Of a stretch of 64,000 bases of DNA, positions 61,762-64,000 are shown piece by piece. The notes beneath the pieces were generated by a model that saw only the letters and a program-made list of their open reading frames with translations, had not been told where the DNA came from and did no database searches. Made by a program: the position numbers and the translations under genes. The stretch spans positions 137,394,001 through 137,458,000 of the forward strand of contig CM059431.1 in the NCBI GenBank assembly GCA_030390025.1, given 5' to 3'. The stretch is from Squalus acanthias (lineage: Eukaryota). Within the stretch, counting starts at the first letter, position 1. Each line of letters starts with the position of its first letter.

Positions 61762-64000
61762 ATGCTGCACTCTTTATTCCTCCAAGTTGCCAAAATGGTA
61801 GGACTCAAACGCATAGTGGGACTTCTGATGCTTGTTGGTATCAACCAGACTTCAAACGTTATCATCATCCAGAATGGAATAAAGATGCCAACCGACGATA
61901 TACCGTCGTTAGAATGGGGAGCGGCTTCAGGAGACGGAAGCGACATGACCGTGTACTGTGATTATTGTGAACACGAAAATACGACCGATGGGACTTTGTA
62001 TTTCCGGGCCAGAGAGGGCGAACGGGTTAAAATAGAATGACTATGTACTAAAGACAATGTTCCAGTAACTCCAAAGTTTCAATTAGGAAAAGGAAAGTTT
62101 GTAGATCTAGGATTTGGGTTAACATAAGAACATAAGAAATAGGAGCAGGAGTAGACCAATCGGCCCCTCGAGCCTGCTCCGCCATTCAATGAGATCATGG
62201 CTGATCTGATCCAACCTCAACTCTAAAGAACACAAGAAGTAGGAGCAGGACCAGGCCACTCGGCCCCTGGGCCCGCTCCGCCACCCACAGGGCCTTGACC
62301 GATCCGAACTCAAACTCACGTCCAATTTCCAGCCCGCTCCCCGTAACCCCTGATTCCCTTTACTTCTAGGAAACGGTCTATTTCTGTTTTAAATTTATTT
62401 AATGAAGTAGCTTCCACAGCTTCCTGGAGTAGCAAATTCCACAGACCCACTACCCTCTGAGTGAAAAAGTTTCTCCTCATCTCAGTTTTGAAAGAGGAGC
62501 CCCTTATTCTAAGATTATGTCCCCTAGTTCTAGTTTCACCCATCATTGGGAACATCCTCACCGCGTCCACCCGATCAAGCCCCTTCACAATCTTATATGT
62601 TTCAATAAGATCGCCTCTCATTCTTCTGAACTCCAATGAGTAGAGTCCCAATCTACTCAACCTCTCCTCATATGTCCACCCCCTCATCCCCGGAATTAAC
62701 CGAGTGAACCTTCTTTGTACTGCCTCGAGAGCAAGTATGTCTTTTCTTAAGTATGGACACCAAAACTGTATGCAGTACTCCAGGTGCGGTCTCACCAATA
62801 CCCTATACAACTGCAGCAATACCTCCCTGTTTTTATATTATATCCCCCTAGCAATAAAAGCCAACATTCCATTGGCTTTCTTGATCACCTGCTGCACCTG
62901 CATACTAACTTTTTGATTTTCTTGCACCAGAGAAGGTTCTTGGGTTCAACGAAATGGTTAGCATTACACCAAATAGTTTGGGGATCCCATATCTGGATAC
63001 ACTGAATTAGCCCAAAATAGGTAGAAGACACAGGGGAATGGTAGGATGCTATGATGCACAGCCAGGAAAGAGACCCAGGCAAGGACAAATGCAACAGCTT
63101 GAGATCAAGGGAAGAACGGAGGGGATAATGTTACAAAGGAAAAGTGACAAGCATAAAAATAAGAAATGCACATTATTAACAAAAGGACCATAAAACGGAT
63201 TGGTTATCACCCGTAGCTATAAACAATTGTATAGTGACGTTCGGTACGAAATTATTCCGGTAATATTTAATGTTACAGTTATTCCCTTTCCCCGAAATTT
63301 ATGTCCTAAAAGACACTGCCGATATTATGACCACTTGGGGAGGAAAATGGTAAAGGACATTTAGGATAAAAACCATGCACAAGACAGATGGAGTTCATGG
63401 GATGTCGGACAGACTTACGTAATGGTCAACATTTCAGACCATAATAGCAACCATTTGAATATAAAAAGAGGCTCGGGGTAATGGTTAGGTATAGGAGCCA
63501 CTGCGGGAACCACTGCCTTGAATAGAGTAGATATAGAGACTGTGTGGGAACACGACGAGGTAATTTGGAGTCAGTTGAAAGGCCTGCTATCCAATATGAA
63601 TAAGGGAGATTCAGACACCATACTGGAGTTAGAGAATATGCTGATGAAACAGAAATACACAGACAAATTCAGGATCACTTTAACAATGCGACAAAAGGGA
63701 TTAATAGAAGAGAATAAAACATCTCAAGAGATATGGTACGCTCCATTTACGGGAGTTACATGATCGATCAATTAATGGCAGGATTAGGTGAAATAGAACG
63801 CAACCGGGTCCCCTCATTTGTCAATGATTCCATGATTAGGAAATGGCTTCATTATGATAAGGACTATAATGTAAAAGGGACAAGGAAGCAGGGATTAGTA
63901 TATTTGGTAAGAGGAAATGGGGATTATGACAGCCAGCTGATTAATCGAAATGATACATGGGACAGTCCAAATATGGGGTGCTGCACCAAATACAGTGGGG
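61762..64000 (+). pseudogene. env: ERV env-like glycoprotein remnant interrupted by a CR1
   Basis: ATG abuts the pol stop; signal-like hydrophobic stretch; N-glycosylation sequons; IKR|GSG*WLGIGATAGTTALN cleavage/fusion-peptide-like segment at about 63460-63525, followed by a helical heptad-like region. Confidence 0.7.
62122..62926 (-). mobile_element. Young 5'-truncated CR1 inserted in env
   Basis: Open ORF2 C-terminus (62316-62819) close to copies 1 and 2; (TTCTTATG)n tail. Confidence 0.93.

Larger units (their letters stand above)
56208..64000 (+). mobile_element. Decayed endogenous retrovirus (LTR-PBS-gag-pol-env), continuing past the window
   Basis: Domain order is gag(CCHC)-RT-RNase H/tether-RNase H-integrase-env. 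Confidence 0.9.

Overview
This is eukaryotic, repeat-rich genomic DNA. Its repeat content (Deu-domain SINEs, CR1 LINEs, Penelope fragments) suggests a cartilaginous fish, which is an inference. All analysis was by eye, so family names are recognition and not database hits. (1) Positions 1-9866 are an 83/73-bp CpG-rich satellite with higher-order repeats. (2) The main content, not resolved by the ORF track, is an old inverted duplication carrying two head-to-head six-coding-exon MS4A (CD20/FcεRIβ-like tetraspan) genes. The + copy (41165-54957) splices GT-AG into an intact 226-aa protein ending in an ITAM-like YSSL-x6-YNGF tail. The - copy (25451-11176) has frameshifts that remove that tail. Between them lie a duplicated E-box/RUNX/GATA block and a solo LTR. 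(3) There are two near-full-length decayed CR1 LINEs, plus many LINE fragments, SINEs, MITEs and two palindromic Penelope-like inserts with hammerhead-ribozyme cores. (4) From about 56.2 kb to the end is a decayed endogenous retrovirus. It has an LTR, a tRNA-Arg PBS, gag, pol with two RNase H domains, and an env-like gene, and it resembles basal (SnRV/lokiretrovirus-like) lineages.
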